NCBI RefSeq assembly: GCF_964194025.1
Contig: NC_134468.1
Span: 22,878,001-22,942,000 of the forward strand
Reading direction: 5' to 3'
DNA from: Convolutriloba macropyga
Lineage: Eukaryota
Length of the DNA stretch: 64,000 nucleotides
Position 1 is the stretch's first letter. Each line of letters begins with the position of its first letter. The translations under genes were made by a program, and so were the position numbers. The notes beneath the pieces were generated by a model that worked only from the letters and a program-made list of their open reading frames with translations, ran no database searches and had not been told where the DNA came from. Below, piece after piece: positions 45,960 to 60,000 of this stretch.

Positions 45960-48616
45960 AGATTGTGCAATCCGCGAAGTTCACCAAATCTAGCTGCAAC
46001 AGACATAAATCTAAATGAACTCCCAGATCTCGAAACCATCAGCAGTAAGCACATCCCTACCCTAAGGTTCATTCCAACAAAGTTTCGGGTGAGATGGTCA
46101 GAATTACTAACATCCGTTATCGATGCTTGCATTTCACACGCGCAATTGTTAGAAAATTGGAAAAAACTCTTTGCTATTAGCAAATGTGTTCTACGCGCGT
46201 CTAATCGTGGGGGTAAGAAACACAAGCAGCAGCAAGAGAAACAGTTGCTTAGCAGACTTGAACGGCGGAAATCAGGTGATTATGCTGCACTGTGGTACGA
46301 GGCGGCCTCAATGAAGCAGTCAAATTAAAATAGCATTGAGTCAATAGACGCTTTAGCAAGCCGCGCGAAATCTCTTTGCCTGCAGGGGCAGTTTGGGAGG
46401 GCAGCGAAAGTTCTGTCTTCTGACGGCGTCGCACCTGACAATGCTGCAACGTTGAATGAACTTAAAAAGCTGCACCCTAAGGAAAAGCAACCTGATCCCC
46501 AATCTGATCAAGATGCTAACACAAACGCAATTCAATTTGACGAGGCATCAGTATTCTCCCAAATCGAGTCGTTCTCCAAATTTACTGCAGCTGGGCCGTC
46601 AAAAATGTATCCCGAGCATCTGCTGCATGCAGTAAACTGTGGTGCCCCTGATCAGTCAAAGCGAGCAATCACTAGCTTAACAAAATTCGTCAATTTAGCC
46701 AGCAGGGGTCACCTTCCCGAATTCGTTGCTCCTATACTATGTAGTGCAACACTAACTGCATTGAAAAAGGTGGGGTTTGTCCTATCGCTGTTGGGGAAGT
46801 CATTCGGCGTCTTATTGCTAAATGCATAGCTCGTGAAGCGAATTCAGAAGCTGCTGATCTATTTAACACAAAACAATTGGGAGTAGCAGTCAAGGGTGGT
46901 GCTGAGGGGATAGTACACGCAACAAGAGTTTCCTTTGAAAAACTGCAAATATCAAAAAATTCCGGAATATTGCAGATTGATTTCAGAAATGCCTTCAATT
47001 CGGTAAAAAGAAGCAAGGTTTTGGAAGCAGTCGCAAAATTCTTACCTAGTGGTGCCCCTTTTGCGACTTTTTGCTACTCACAACACAGTCATTTGCATTT
47101 TAACAACACATACTTAAGTAGCCAATCGGGAGTTCAACAAGGGGATCCTTTGGGGCCGCTTTTGTTTTCACTAGCTCTGTGGCCAATCTTTAAAGAAATT
47201 GAAACAACATTACCAAATCTAGTGCAGCATATTTGGTATTTGGATGATGGCATCCTTGCTGGTACTCGCCAACAACTTTGCAAAGCATTGAATTTGTTGA
47301 CAAATTTGGGTGAAGGATGCGGTTTAGAGCTCAGAATAGAAAAATGTGAGCTTTGGTCACCCGCTGATCTGAACGCTATAGATAACAGAGTAAAGAGAAA
47401 TAGCAAAGAAGGACTTGAGATCTTGGGCGCTGCCATCGGCAATCCCAGCTTTGTTGCTGCTTCTTTGAGAAAAAGAGTCAACAAAATAGAAAAACTACTC
47501 GACAACCTGGCGTATCTAGACGACCCGCATTGTGCGCTTGGAATTCTTCGAAGCTGTCTTGGTGCCCCAAAAATGGTATATTCCCTGCGATGTAACACTC
47601 CATCTGACGAATCCTGTTATTTTGCAGAATTTTGACAACCTTCAGAGAACAACATTTGAGAATATGTTAGGCACCGTTATAAGTGACAGCGCTTGGAAGC
47701 AGGCTTGTCTACCAATAAACAAAACTGGCGTTGGTATTAGACAAGCAGTTGACCAATTGAAAGCGGCGTTTGTTGGGTCAGTATCGCAAGCAGACGCTTT
47801 AGTAGAACAAATAACCGGTGAGAAAATTACAGACAACCAAATTTTCAAAGAAACAGTGGAAGAACTGAAGAATCTAGAAATTAGCCAATATACACAACAC
47901 AAGATTCAGGAGGCACTTGACGATGCTGCTTTTTCTGACCTTCTTGGTAATCAGAATTCAAATCGGGAGAAAGCTCGTTTGCTTTCACTAACATTGCCTC
48001 AATCTGGTGCGTGGCTTTCCGCACCTCCAATCCCTAGTCTGGGCCTTCACCTTCAGCCAAATGAATTCAGAGCCGCATTGAAGTATCGGATTGGTGTTCC
48101 GTTATACATAGAGGAACGAAAATGCCCTTACTGTCAAAACGGCAGACTGGACAAGCTGGGTGATCACGCTTTAAGCTGTCATGGTCGGGGGGATATGATA
48201 TCGCGGCACGATAGAGTGAGGGATAGAATATTTGCTGCTTGCTCGACCGCAAACTTATCACCCGTCTGCGAACAGAAAAATTTGATTCCAGATAATCACT
48301 CAAGGCCAGGAGACATGTACTTGCCCAGCTGGTCAGCGGGACAACCATCTGCGTTAGACGTAACCATAACTTCCCCACTGCAGCCCAGTCTAATTTCAGA
48401 TGCGGCGAGGAGTTGTGGTTTTGCCCTGACAAATGCTGAAGATAGGAAATATGAACAATATGCCCAAAAATGTGCCGAAATAGGTACCCAGTTTGTATCA
48501 CTCGCGTTTGAATCTTTCGGGGGCTTCTCAGATTTGGTTCGTAAAACTTTGAAACGTATAGCCTTGCTTGCCGATAACCGAAACTTTCAACCAGCTGGTT
48601 TATCAATTGCATACAA
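45960..48616 (+). mobile_element. CRE-clade (RLE-type) non-LTR retrotransposon: RT + CCHC knuckle + restriction-like endonuclease; frameshifted, 3' end missing
   Basis: AAGPS; PIAVGEVIRRLIAKC; QLGVAVKGGAE; IDFRNAFNSV; GVQQGDPLGPLLF; WYLDDG; CPYC..DKLGDHALSC..RHD; RPGD; ALDVTITSPLQ; KYEQY; AFESFGG. Confidence 0.93.
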
Positions 48617-51600
48617 TGCTGATCGCCAGAGATCCCCTGTTATGAGACTCATTCCTTCGACAACACCCTCAGCTCCACAATGGTCAATTTACAGTCTTGG
48701 CTCTCCCAATTTTAGTTGCCCAGTTTGCACGAAACTGCTGTGCGCGAATTTGTTTGTCACCCAATGAGTTGGGATAATGCTCATTTCTTCCGTTCAACCC
48801 GATTGTGTGGGTTGATGATGACGAAATTTTGAAGACCCGATTGTGAGGGTTTCTGGGAACAAATAAAAGGCAAATACTCATTTGCGTGGGCACCATGGTG
48901 ATTTGTGGGCACAAGGCTGATCGGAAGAAAACTTTCTGAGAATCGACTGAGCTTAGAAATGATTTCAACCATGATGTCCCCAACCAAGCCTACCTTAAAT
49001 TTAGTATTTTTAAATGGAAATAAAAAAATTTTTTTTTGATTACATGATGTGGAAGAACAGGACACTGGAAGGGCGTGAAACTTCGAAGTTTTTGTTTTTC
49101 TCCTCCTTAATAAATAAATAGATATTCTGAGCTCCTCTAGGGAGCCATAGAGACATTAAGAGTATTGTACGGCATAATGAAAATTATTTTAGCAAACACG
49201 AACGATACGTGAAATTTTTAGTTTAAAATGTTTTTTCAGTAACTCGTATCAAAATATTTCGTTTGTTATCAACTGGTTTAACAGAAAAACTCTCCATCCT
49301 ATAGCTCCTGGCCTTCAAATAAAATAAAACTTTGGAGAAATTGTTTCTGATTTTGCTTGACATTTTCAATATTTTTCAGCGTTACTGATTTCCGTTTTTC
49401 AAAACCCTTGGTGAGAGCAACCATCTACCGTTTGTGTCAAAAACAGGTCATAATATATGAACATTTCTGTAAAATGCTGAATAAAATAGTATCTTGATAT
49501 TTTCCATTCTTTATCTTATAAATTGGTCTTGTTTTGCTGTCTAAAAATAAAACCGGACTGTTGACTTTGCTGAGCAGCTTCCAAACACAGCGGGTCTTCC
49601 AAACACGGAACGTATACACATTAAGTTGGTCGGTCGTCGATAAAATATCTGCTGATCAGTTTTTCGAATAGTTGTATCCGTAACTATTGAAGTCAGTGAA
49701 GCGGCTGTTTTTAAACAATCTGACTCTGGTAATTTTCCGACCGCGCTCATCCTCAAACTTAAAAAAAATAAAAAAAGAATTGTTCAGCGTTTGAAATTGA
49801 AAATGAATGGCTTTTTAAATTAAATGATTTAGGTTTCTGTAGGTCTTTGATAGCTCGATTTCAAGAATTTGACTTAAACAAATGCTCATTCTACTTCTCA
49901 TCAAAAATCATTAAAAGCAGTCATGGATTTATCGACAGATAGCTCTTTCATCCTATTTTTGGTGATTTCAGTAATCAACGAAGTGCTTAGTCGGTTACAG
50001 AGAATCACTCGGCTCTCCTTTCTCCACACCATCATCTTTTAATGTAATATTTCACAAAGTTTGTTTTATAATGAGCTTTTAATAGAAGCTATAAAAACAG
50101 GATGGACCAGCTAATTTAGAAACTAGAAGTGTTCAGCGGCCATTTCGACGTAAATAATTTTGCTAACAATCTCATTACTTTACAAGTAATATTAGGTCTG
50201 CAAAGTTGAATTTAAATCTGAAATTTTTGTGGAAGACATCGTTCCAAATTTTTTCAAAATGAATGTTCTAATAGGAGAGATATCTAAACAGAAAAAATAG
50301 GAGAGATATCTAAACAGAAAAAATGTGCTCTTGCAAAACTGATTGTCTTTTTTGCACTGCCAATTTTTATTGCTTCAAGAGATGTTGAAAAATTTAGTTT
50401 TAAAGTTAGTGGAAAACAATAACTTCACTGGATATACTAATTGCTTTGGTACGCATTTCGTCATTGCTAAATGCACCGTAGCCACTTCTGAAAACTTGTC
50501 GTTTTCAAAATAACAGCGCACAGTCTTTGGACAATTAACATTACGTCGACAATGTCCGATAATGCAAATTTTAATATCTATTGTCTTTTGTGAAAACGTA
50601 ACCATTTTGAGCATGTAATTAGCGGAAAGCTTTGCCCTAATTTAATTAGTAATAATTTGATACCGAATTCAAAGACTTAATTGTTCTTGTGAAAAGTGCT
50701 ATGGGTAATTTCAAAACCACTATTAATCCAAAATTAGAATAGAGAGGGAAATCTCTGAAATGGATTACCCATCAGGTTTTCTTTTTCGGTTATTGGATAC
50801 TCTATCTGTGGGAAAGGGGTAGTTGTAAGCAAATTTGAACTAAATAAGCGTAGTGTCATCTTTCGTTTCCACAAACTCTTCAAACTCTAATCTTGAAACA
50901 TGAGTCAATTTTTATTTAACTTTTAAAACATTGGCCACGTAATGAAAATAATATGAAGTGTGTTTATTAAGAGCTTTCCAACTTTTTTTTTTTAAAAAAC
51001 AGTTTATATATATCCCTCATTTTTATTGTTATTTTTTTGAGAAAATTTTCAATCTTGGCTAAATATAACCCAGGTTGGTAATTTTCTCAGTGACGAGCGG
51101 TGGACTATTTTAAGAAAATTGGATTAGGTTAAAGAACTACTGTTTGAACAGTTTCAATCTTCGAAACACGTCCTTCCTTGATACATTATAAATATTTTCT
51201 CTACAGCAAATAAGGGACTGTTTGCTTATTTCAGAAAATTTAAGTCCATAACGATTGACGAAAACACCTCAATAATAAACATGATAATAAAAATAAATAT
51301 ATATGTTAAATAATGAAATCTAATTTCAAAACTTATATAAGGTCCTTTTTTCTTCCTGGTAGAACAAATAATAGGAAAACAGAACGGAGTTGTTTGTTTA
51401 TTGAGTGATGCAATTTAATTTGGAATATTTGGACAGAAATTAAATAACCCATCTTCAGCGGTTTTTGCTAGTTTTCTGATTGCTCTAGTTTTCTGAACAA
51501 ATTCTCGGTCACTAATGACGTATCTCTTGTTCATAAACGACTTTCATTACTCTTAAAAAGACTTGTTCAATTCAATTGAAGCAGTTATGGTTAACTGCGG

Positions 51601-51664
51601 TTACCTCGCTTTAAATGAAGATCATTTGAGGCGAGATAATAAAAACAAAATTTCTTCAAGCTGA

Positions 51665-53800
51665 ATCAATATTTGACACCGTTGCTGTTTATAAAATTTT
51701 TTTGCTCGTTTTATCCTTGGCGTTTTGAGACTGCAAATCGACAAAGCCATTGCTAATATGTTTCTTTTGTCTCTTTTGCTTCTTCTTGAAATAAATGTGA
51801 CTGTTTATTTTCTGTGAAAGTAATAAGTTTTCCGGAAAGGTGTTAATGATCTGAGGTCGAATCAAAAAATTTGAAATATTAGTTACAGCAACTGGAAAGG
51901 TCGGAATGGCCGAATTTTTGCCAATATGGTTGAATACGTTGCCTGTCATACTTTTTAAAAAGCAAAATTACGATTTTTTGTTATCAGAAGGCTATCTATG
52001 ACTCAGTTAGCGGTTAGAACTTACTGCTCGAATAATTGGCAGATAAATGAGATTTTTTTGTTTAATTTGCAAGATCTTATAAATGTTTTTTATAGTCACA
52101 AGTATACTAGTTTTTGACCTTTTTGCGTTGTTTTGAAGCACTGAGAATTGTTAGCTTGTTAGATTCTTTGTTTGTTTTTACCTGTAGCAATCTTGGATCC
52201 GTTGCTTGTTGACTTTTTTGCGGTATTTCATCTGGGATTCATCTTGTCGTTGCAATATCGAGACTTTGCGATGTGCATCTTTTATGTCGTAATAATAAAA
52301 CGATTGTTTGAGCAATGATGTATTTTAAAATACTTGTAAAGTGTATTAAAGTGGTTTCCTTTGACGCTATGTTTGTTGTTTATGCGTCGGCTGCAAAAAA
52401 TAATAAGCCGAGCAAAAAGAATGAAGAACTCGTCTTCAGTTTACTGGAAATGCCTAGATTCAGTTTCCTAAATAGTTTTGAGCGCTTCGTTTTTTTTGTT
52501 AGGCACTGATTTAAAATTTGCAGATACATTTCTTAATTGCAATTTTAGATGTTATGTTGAATTGTGTACAGCGGAAAAAGATTTATCCGTTTATTTTATG
52601 CTGAATTTTAATGATCTTTTTTAAGGTATCATGGGCAGACAAGCTAGCGATTTTCGATATTTTCAGCCAAGTTGTTAGTTTTGTACTATTAAATTTTATT
52701 TTCGCAATAGACAAGTCAATATAGTGAATATTAAGCGATACAAACAGGATCACAATTTGAGACCGCTGCTGTTAATAAAAATTCTTTACTTTTGTTTTGG
52801 TGTTTTGAGACTGCAGATCGACGAAGCCTTTGCTAATATGTTTCTCTTGTCGCTTTCGTGTCATCTTGAAATAAATGTCACTGTACGTTTTGAGTGAAAG
52901 TAAGAAATTTTCCGGAAAGGTGTTAATTATCTGAGGCCGCATTAAAAGTTGAAACACTAGTTACAGTAGCTGGAAAGGTCGACGTGGCGGAAGTGTTGCC
53001 AATATGGTTGAAAATGTTGCCTGTCATACGTTTTAAAAAGCAAAATGGCTATTTTTTATTGATCGGAAGGGCTAGCCATGGCTCACTGTTAGCGGCTAGA
53101 ACTTACTGCTCGAATAATTTGCGCATGAATGAGATTTGTTTGCTCAATTTGCAAGATTTTATAGATGTTATTTTTAGTCTCAAATATACTAGTTGTTGAC
53201 CTTTTTGCGTTTGTGAGTTTAACAGATTCTTTGTTTGTTTTGACCTGAAACTGTCTTTCATCCGTTGCTTATTGACTTTTTGTGCGGTGTTTTGTGTCGG
53301 ATTTATCGTCACGTTATTAAAATATCGACTTTGCTCGTTGCAATCTGCATCTTTTTTCTAATAATAAAACGATTGTTTGAGCATTGAAGTATTTTAAAAT
53401 ACTTGTAAACTATATTAAAGTGGCTTCCTTTGACATTGTTTCTTGTTTTTGCATTGGCTGCGAAAAATAATAAGCCAAACAAAAACAATGAAGAACGTGT
53501 CATGAGTTTACTAGAAATGCCTAGATCTAATTTCCTATTTTTTTAGTCCTCCATTTTTTTGTTAGGCACTGATTAAAAATTTGCAGATACATTTCTTAAT
53601 TGATATTTTAGATGTTATGTTGAAGTGTGTACAGCACAAGAAAAAGGAACTATCACTTCATTTTATGCTTAAAAATTTAATGATCCCTTTCAATGCATCA
53701 TAGGCAGACAAGCTAGCCATTATCGATCTTTTCAGCCAAGTTATTAGTACTATTTGAAATTATTTTCGCAAGACAAGTCAATAGTTAGTGATTACTAAAA
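51665..53800 (+). repeat. Diverged tandem duplication of a ~1.08-kb non-coding unit (51665-52745 / 52750-53800) ending just before the SCAMP ATG
   Basis: Collinear throughout, e.g. ttttgagactgca.atcgac, ccggaaaggtgttaat, aatttgcagatacatttcttaattg, gcagacaagctagc, agacaagtcaata. Confidence 0.88.
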
Positions 53801-53813
53801 GAGATATACCAAT

Positions 53814-56800
53814 ATGGAAGATTACAATCCATTCACTGATCCGGCTATTTTGGAGCACCAGAATGGGGCACGAACAGGCAGTGGGGGTGTTGGTGCGAGC
53901 ACGACTGCAGCCACAGTTCCCACGCAATCAGGCTACTCTTCGTATGTTGTGGGAAACAATGAGCCAGCAGCGCAGTATGTCATTCCGTCTGCTAAGACAT
54001 CAAGCACGTCATCAAATCAGTTAGTTTGTGTTTTTGACGCGCTTTCAGTTTGCAGTTTTTGAAAATAGTGAGAAATGAAGTGGTCTGGGGCACAGATTTA
54101 GGATCTCTCTGACCACAGATTGGGTTCTGGACTAATCTGTAAATAGATCCATTTTCATACGGCAGAGTACCCAAATTTTACTACTAGCAGTATTTTTTGT
54201 GTATCAACTAATCAATCTGAATTTTAACGGCAAATGTAGAAGCAGTTGAGTTCCTGGGTCCCCTTTTAGTGCTATTGTAATCACGTACCGCAAACTTTTT
54301 ATCCATTGAGTTTGGATATGAAACTTATTATGTTATGTAATTAATTGCTCGCCAAACAAATTTTGATGCAATTATTTTAGTCGTCTTTTAATGCAAAATT
54401 TTTGCATGAGAGTTTTGCCGTATTGTTCTAGAATGTTCTTTCTTGGCGATTTGACCTTTCGTCTTTAGAAACGGGATTAACTGTTGTAAAGCCCTAGTGA
54501 ATTAAGTCTCGTGTACATCTCAGAATTTTCGTAGGCTCTAAGTATGCGTTTCACCGAAGCTACTGAGGAAGCCGAACTTCGCAGTATGATAGAACAACTG
54601 TTTTGTTATTAATTAATAATTTATGGGCCACCATTGTTGTCAATGTTGGTCATTTCAAATGTTTCGATAAAATCTTGATTGAATGTATGAATTCTTAAAG
54701 CCGTTGAAAGCTGTCAGGATGTCAATAGCGTTCTTGCGTATCAATGGTTAGTCCTACTGAAGCTAATTGCGTGAAAGATATTTTGGCTTGAATTCCTCAT
54801 ATTTTGTGATTGAGTTATATGAGACATTCAGCTCCTCAATGAAGCCTGTCTGGAATAAATGGAACTGATTTTTGAGTGTTTTTAACTACTGGTTTATCGC
54901 ATTGGTGCTGACTTTTTCATTTGAGGTAAGCAGAAAGCTGCTGCTCAGAGCACCTGCATTCTATCGGAGCTACAATAGCATGGAATAAATCGAACACCTC
55001 TTTAGACAAATAAAACTATCAGCCGCTACATTTACATATTTATTTTTCAGTTCAGTTAATTTTATAATTTTAAACTTGATCACGTGCTGATCAGCGTGGG
55101 CTATATGGATAAATAGTAAAAGAACGTAAAATATCGGACATATTGAGCAAACAAACATGCAACGAAAAACAAACAATGCAAACATAAGAAATCTGATTTG
55201 TAGAACGGGGCATATGAATGTGTTTAAGGCCAGGAAGTACCTCTTCTACGTATGGAGTGAGCCCACCGCCGCCCTACAGTGCCAGCAACAGACCCCTGAC
55301 TAGTGACGAGTTACTCAGACAACAAGATATGCTTGAGAAAAAGGCAGCCGAACTAGACAGAAAGGTGAGTTGAATGCATCCAAGTAAACTTGTCTTGAGA
55401 GAACTTATTTTTGAAGTAACCAAGTTGAGGGGGTTAAGATCTAGTGAAAGTGCATTTGGAGCATTTAGTTTGCTATTGTGTCAGTCTACTTGAAATTCCG
55501 ATTCAGCTACTGAGATTACGGAATATATAGTTATGGGTGAAAAAATGGTCGAAGTAAGGCTACCTCATTGGATAAGAAAATCACCAGACTAAATTATATG
55601 TAAAGATAAGCACTAGGCTTGTAAGTTAAGAGATTCTGATCGAAAACAGAACTAGTGAGTTTCATTGTAATGGTAACTGTTAGATCAACGTATCATTTGT
55701 TTGGATAAGGAACGTGAGATCAACCAGCGTGAAGTGGCAGCCGGCATCAGACCAAACAACTTTCCGCCTCTCCCCTCTTTTATCCCCATCCAGCCATGCT
55801 TCTACCAGGACTTCGATGTTGACATCGCACAGGAGTTCCGACAGACTGTCAAGAACATCTACTACATCTATTTGGGGCTTGTCTTGACTCTTGTGATCAA
55901 TGTGTTGGCATGTATAGTCTACGCAGCTTCTGACGGTAATTGAACAACAAAAAAAATACGATCTACTGTTTCATCCACCGAAGTCAGTGGACACTGATTA
56001 TAAGCAAATGATAATGTGATCTGTATGAAAATTATTCAACAGCTGATTTGGGATTGCATGTAGAATATACCCCGCACAAATCTATTCTTTTGTCTGAAAT
56101 ACAGATGGTTATTGGACATACATATTGGCACGTCTTCAAATAACCTTTGCTTGATCAAGATGATTGCAATCATTAACGACTGTTAAGCACTTTCCACCTG
56201 GTTCAAATTGTGGTCGTCCGCAAATTAATCCCCTAGAATTATTTCAGATTGCGGCAACAAAAATAATGAAGCGATTGGTCATCCTTTAAAACGGGTTGGA
56301 GCTAATTAGGTAATGGATTTGTTGCTAACTTGACATACTATAAAAACAATCATTAGCATTCTAATCATCAATGAGCTACCCTTATCTAAGTTAGTTCTGG
56401 GACAAATGTTTCTTCTTGCCTCTAGATTATTGACCAAATAAAAAAAATGTTAGTGTCAACTGACTCGAATACATACAAAATTGATTAAACTGATAAAATG
56501 GAAGCTATTCATGCTTTGATTGATTAAATAAACAATGCTGAAAACGATTTACCAAGGCATTCATCTTTTAATTCAGAGGTTTAAATTAAAAATTCTGATC
56601 ACAAAAAAGTTCCTTAAATTTGTACCAGGTGATCAGGCGGCCTCGCAGATAGTGTTTGGAGTGCTCGTTCTTGTGCTGGGGACCCCGTGTGGCTACGCCT
56701 GCTGGATGCGAGCTGTGTACAATGCGTTCAAGAAGGACTCATCCTTTAGTTTCTTCTTTTTCTTCTTCACATTCTTTCTCGAGATCTGCCTCCTTGTCCT

Positions 56801-56820
56801 CTTCGCCATTGGACCACCAG
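53814..56820 (+). CDS. SCAMP: Secretory carrier membrane protein (SCAMP), exons 53814-54019, 55229-55364, 55710-55935, 56629-56820; 3' exons beyond the window
   Basis: NPF motif (YNPFTDP), PPPPY, ELLRQQDMLEKKAAELDRKE, NNFPPLP...PCFYQD, TPCGYACWMRAVYNAFKKDSSFSFFFFFF (E-peptide); intron phases 2/0/1 join in frame with GT-AG. Confidence 0.93.
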
Positions 56821-57032
56821 GTGAGCAGCGAAAGCATAATTAAAGGCAGAAGCTATAAAATACCGGTTATTGTAGATCCTTTATTCCCTTTGATTGAAAG
56901 TATATTGTACCTTCAGATCTAGCACTTCGTCCCATCTTAGCCGCGAAGCGATAGCCAGGCTTTTATTGGTCTCACCGTGTTTTTGAAAAGTTCGCCGAAA
57001 GTGGTGTAAGTTTACTTCAAATTTTATTAGTG

Positions 57033-60000
57033 TTTAATAGCCGCCCTCATCTTCTCAGCCGGCTATTATTGCGCTCGTATTTTTTTTTACAATTCAAAGA
57101 ATTTTTACAATTCAAAGAATTTTTACAATTCAAAGAATTTGAATTGTATTGGGGCGCTGTCTTTTTTTTTTAAGATCTGTTCACACATTTTCATGATTTT
57201 TGAAGTCAAATTGGAGTAGTGATTTTGGTCACGCCGAAACAGGAAATGGAGTGAAAAAGCGAGTGGTTTTGCGGCGTGAATAGTTTTCGCTCTAATTTTA
57301 AAGTAAGTGAGAAAACGGTGTTTGAACAAAAATTCGGTGTCTCGGTATTGGTTTTTTGTTCACATGCGGCAATTTCACTCTGATTTTTACTGTTTTTTCG
57401 ATTTTTTGGATCGGATTTTTTTCTAAATGGTTTTCGCAATCCATTCACAGCTCATTCTAGGCCTAGTTTTTTGTTTGAATTAAATTTTCTTTTCGCTATT
57501 GGTTTTTTGTTCACATGCGGCATTTCGACATTGATTTTCTGTTTATTTCTTATTTTTTTGTTCTGATTTTTTTTAAAATGCTTTTCTAAATTCACTCATA
57601 GTCCTTTCTAGGTCTAGTTTTTCTGTTTAGTCAATGAAAATTTTTTTACTTCGTCAAACTTTTTTTCGCCTTACCATTTTGCCGCTTTTTCGACATTTTG
57701 CGTGAAATCTTTTTGACTTCTCTAGGCTAGTTTCTCTCTTCTCTCATTCTGCTAAAAGTGAATTTGAACATCAGTTGCTAAGCAAAGCAATTCAAAATGA
57801 ACAGAGTCGGTTTTAAAAATTGAAGTCAGAAATAGAAACGGGATAAACCCATAAAGCCCAATTTTGATGCCCGCTATTTGAACGTCGTACCTATAAGTCT
57901 TAGTTACCACCTCTAATGCTTATTGGTGTTGATAGTAGCTCCCTGTAGCCTCTCTCTAAGAAACAGAAGTATGTTCAACTACGAAATGCCATCAAAATAA
58001 ATCGGACTTAAAAAATATTTTTGTACAAAAATCTTTTTTTTTTTCAATATATTCCATTCGTTCAATCCCAATCATGCTTATTGGAATCAACGGCGGCTAT
58101 TTTCCGGCAATCTGCCGGGTATGTTTCTAGTGGAATGTAATAACTTCTAATGAGGTCATTTGAAGCGCCCCTTAGTGAATTTAGTTGTCCCAGATCCCCC
58201 GCCCCCTCGAATAAAGCAGGCTGCAATAGATTCGAACTCCCACTAGTTCGAGAGCAATTCGTCCGACGTTAGTTGGTTAATAGCCGCCCTCATCTTCTCA
58301 GCCGGCTATTATAGCGTTCCTGTTTTTACAATTCAAAGAGTTTGAATTGTATTGGGGCGCTGTCTTTTTACGACTCGAAGAGGAGTATTGGAGAAGTCCT
58401 TTTTTTTAATCAATTTTATTGGAGTGATTTTTGAAGCGGGAAATGAAACGCGTGAAAAAATTTTGGCGCTGAACAAAAGTGAAGAGCGGAGCGAAAAGGG
58501 AGTGGTTTTCGTTCATACCGCTGTTTTTGAAAGAGCGAGAAATTGATGTGTGAAAAAATTTTCTCTAAGCGAACGAAATTTTTTTGTTCACGTGCGGCAT
58601 TTTAAAGCAGTTTTTTCATTTATTTTGGTTAAGAGATTTGGTTTTGATTTTGTTTTAATTTTAGGCTGGTTTTGGTAGTGGTTTGAAGGTTTCTGGAAAT
58701 TAATATGAATTTTATGATAAGTCGGAGGTTTTTAATGTATTTTGCTGATTTTCGGGCTAATTTTTGCGTTTTTTTGACGATTATTTTGTTTTACTGGCTC
58801 AAATGGGTATTGAAGAAACCCCTTCTACTTGAGCAATTTTATGATAACAGTTGGTTACAGTTTTGTGCGTAAGAATCATTTTTTTGTTGAGAAATATGAC
58901 AAAAAAATGGCGGAAATTGGAACTATTTTTCTTAATTTTTTGCAGTTTTTCGTTTTTTTTTCTGTTTTTAGCTAAATTACTTTGCCTATTATGGCTTGCC
59001 TATTGTTTTGCGAGCGTCTGGATACCCTATTGGCTGGAGGGAATTTTTCTTTGGATTTATATGTTTTTGAAATATTAAAAACTTTGGTAACTTTTTCCAG
59101 TCTTTCAGTGAAAGTTGTTTTTAAGAGCTTTTTTTTTCTAATTTTAGCCTAAAGTATTTTTTCAAAATTCACATAAGTTGTTTTTGTAATTACTAGTTCT
59201 TTTTATGAAGTTATTTTGTCAGAGATAGTTTTTTCGGGATCTCAATTTTTATAACAAAATTTGATCAGATTTTTTATCATATTTTAACAGATTTTATTTT
59301 ATTGTTTTTACTTTTTTGTTTCATGACTTTGTTTCAACATAATCATAAATTAGTGAAGGCACGTTTTGTTTGATGAGTAGTTGGATGGCGTTTAAATGGA
59401 TTTTCACTTCGAGTCGTCACCGGAATTCTTCCGGCTATGTTTTTTTTAAGATCTGTTCACACGTTTTCATGATTTTTGAAGTCAAATTGTTGTAGTGATT
59501 TTGGTCACGCCGAAACAGGAAGTGGAGCGAAAAGGCGGGTGGTTTTGTGGCGTGAAATTTTTTGCTCCAAATTTAAAGTAGAGTGAGAAGACGGCGTTTG
59601 AACAAAAATTCGCTTTCTAACTAGTGGTTTTTTGTTCACATGCGGCAATTTCGCTTTGATTTTTTCTGTTTTTTCGATTTTTTCGATCGGATTTTCTAAT
59701 TGGTTTTTCTAATCCATTCATAGTCCTTTTTAGGTCTAGTTTTCTGTTTAGTCAATGAAAATTCTTTGAATTGTACGTCAGGACTTGTCCTGCTATGTTT
59801 TTTTTTACTTCGTCGAACTTTTTTTCGCTTTACCCATTTTGCCGCTTTTTCGACGTTTTGCGTGAAATCTTTTCGACTTCTCTAGGCTAGTTTCACTCTT
59901 CTGTCATTCTGCTGAAAGTCCTTTTAAAGAGCTGCTGCTCAGCAAAGCAATCCAAAATGAAGAGAGTTAGTATAAAAAAATCAAAGTCGGAAATAGAAAC

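Noticed and set aside
57085-57140. 18-bp unit x3 (also a ~24-bp unit x2 at ~50270 and acaaaacag repeats at ~40490-40610)
   Set aside because: Simple slippage or MITE-internal repeats without unique spacers; not CRISPR-like
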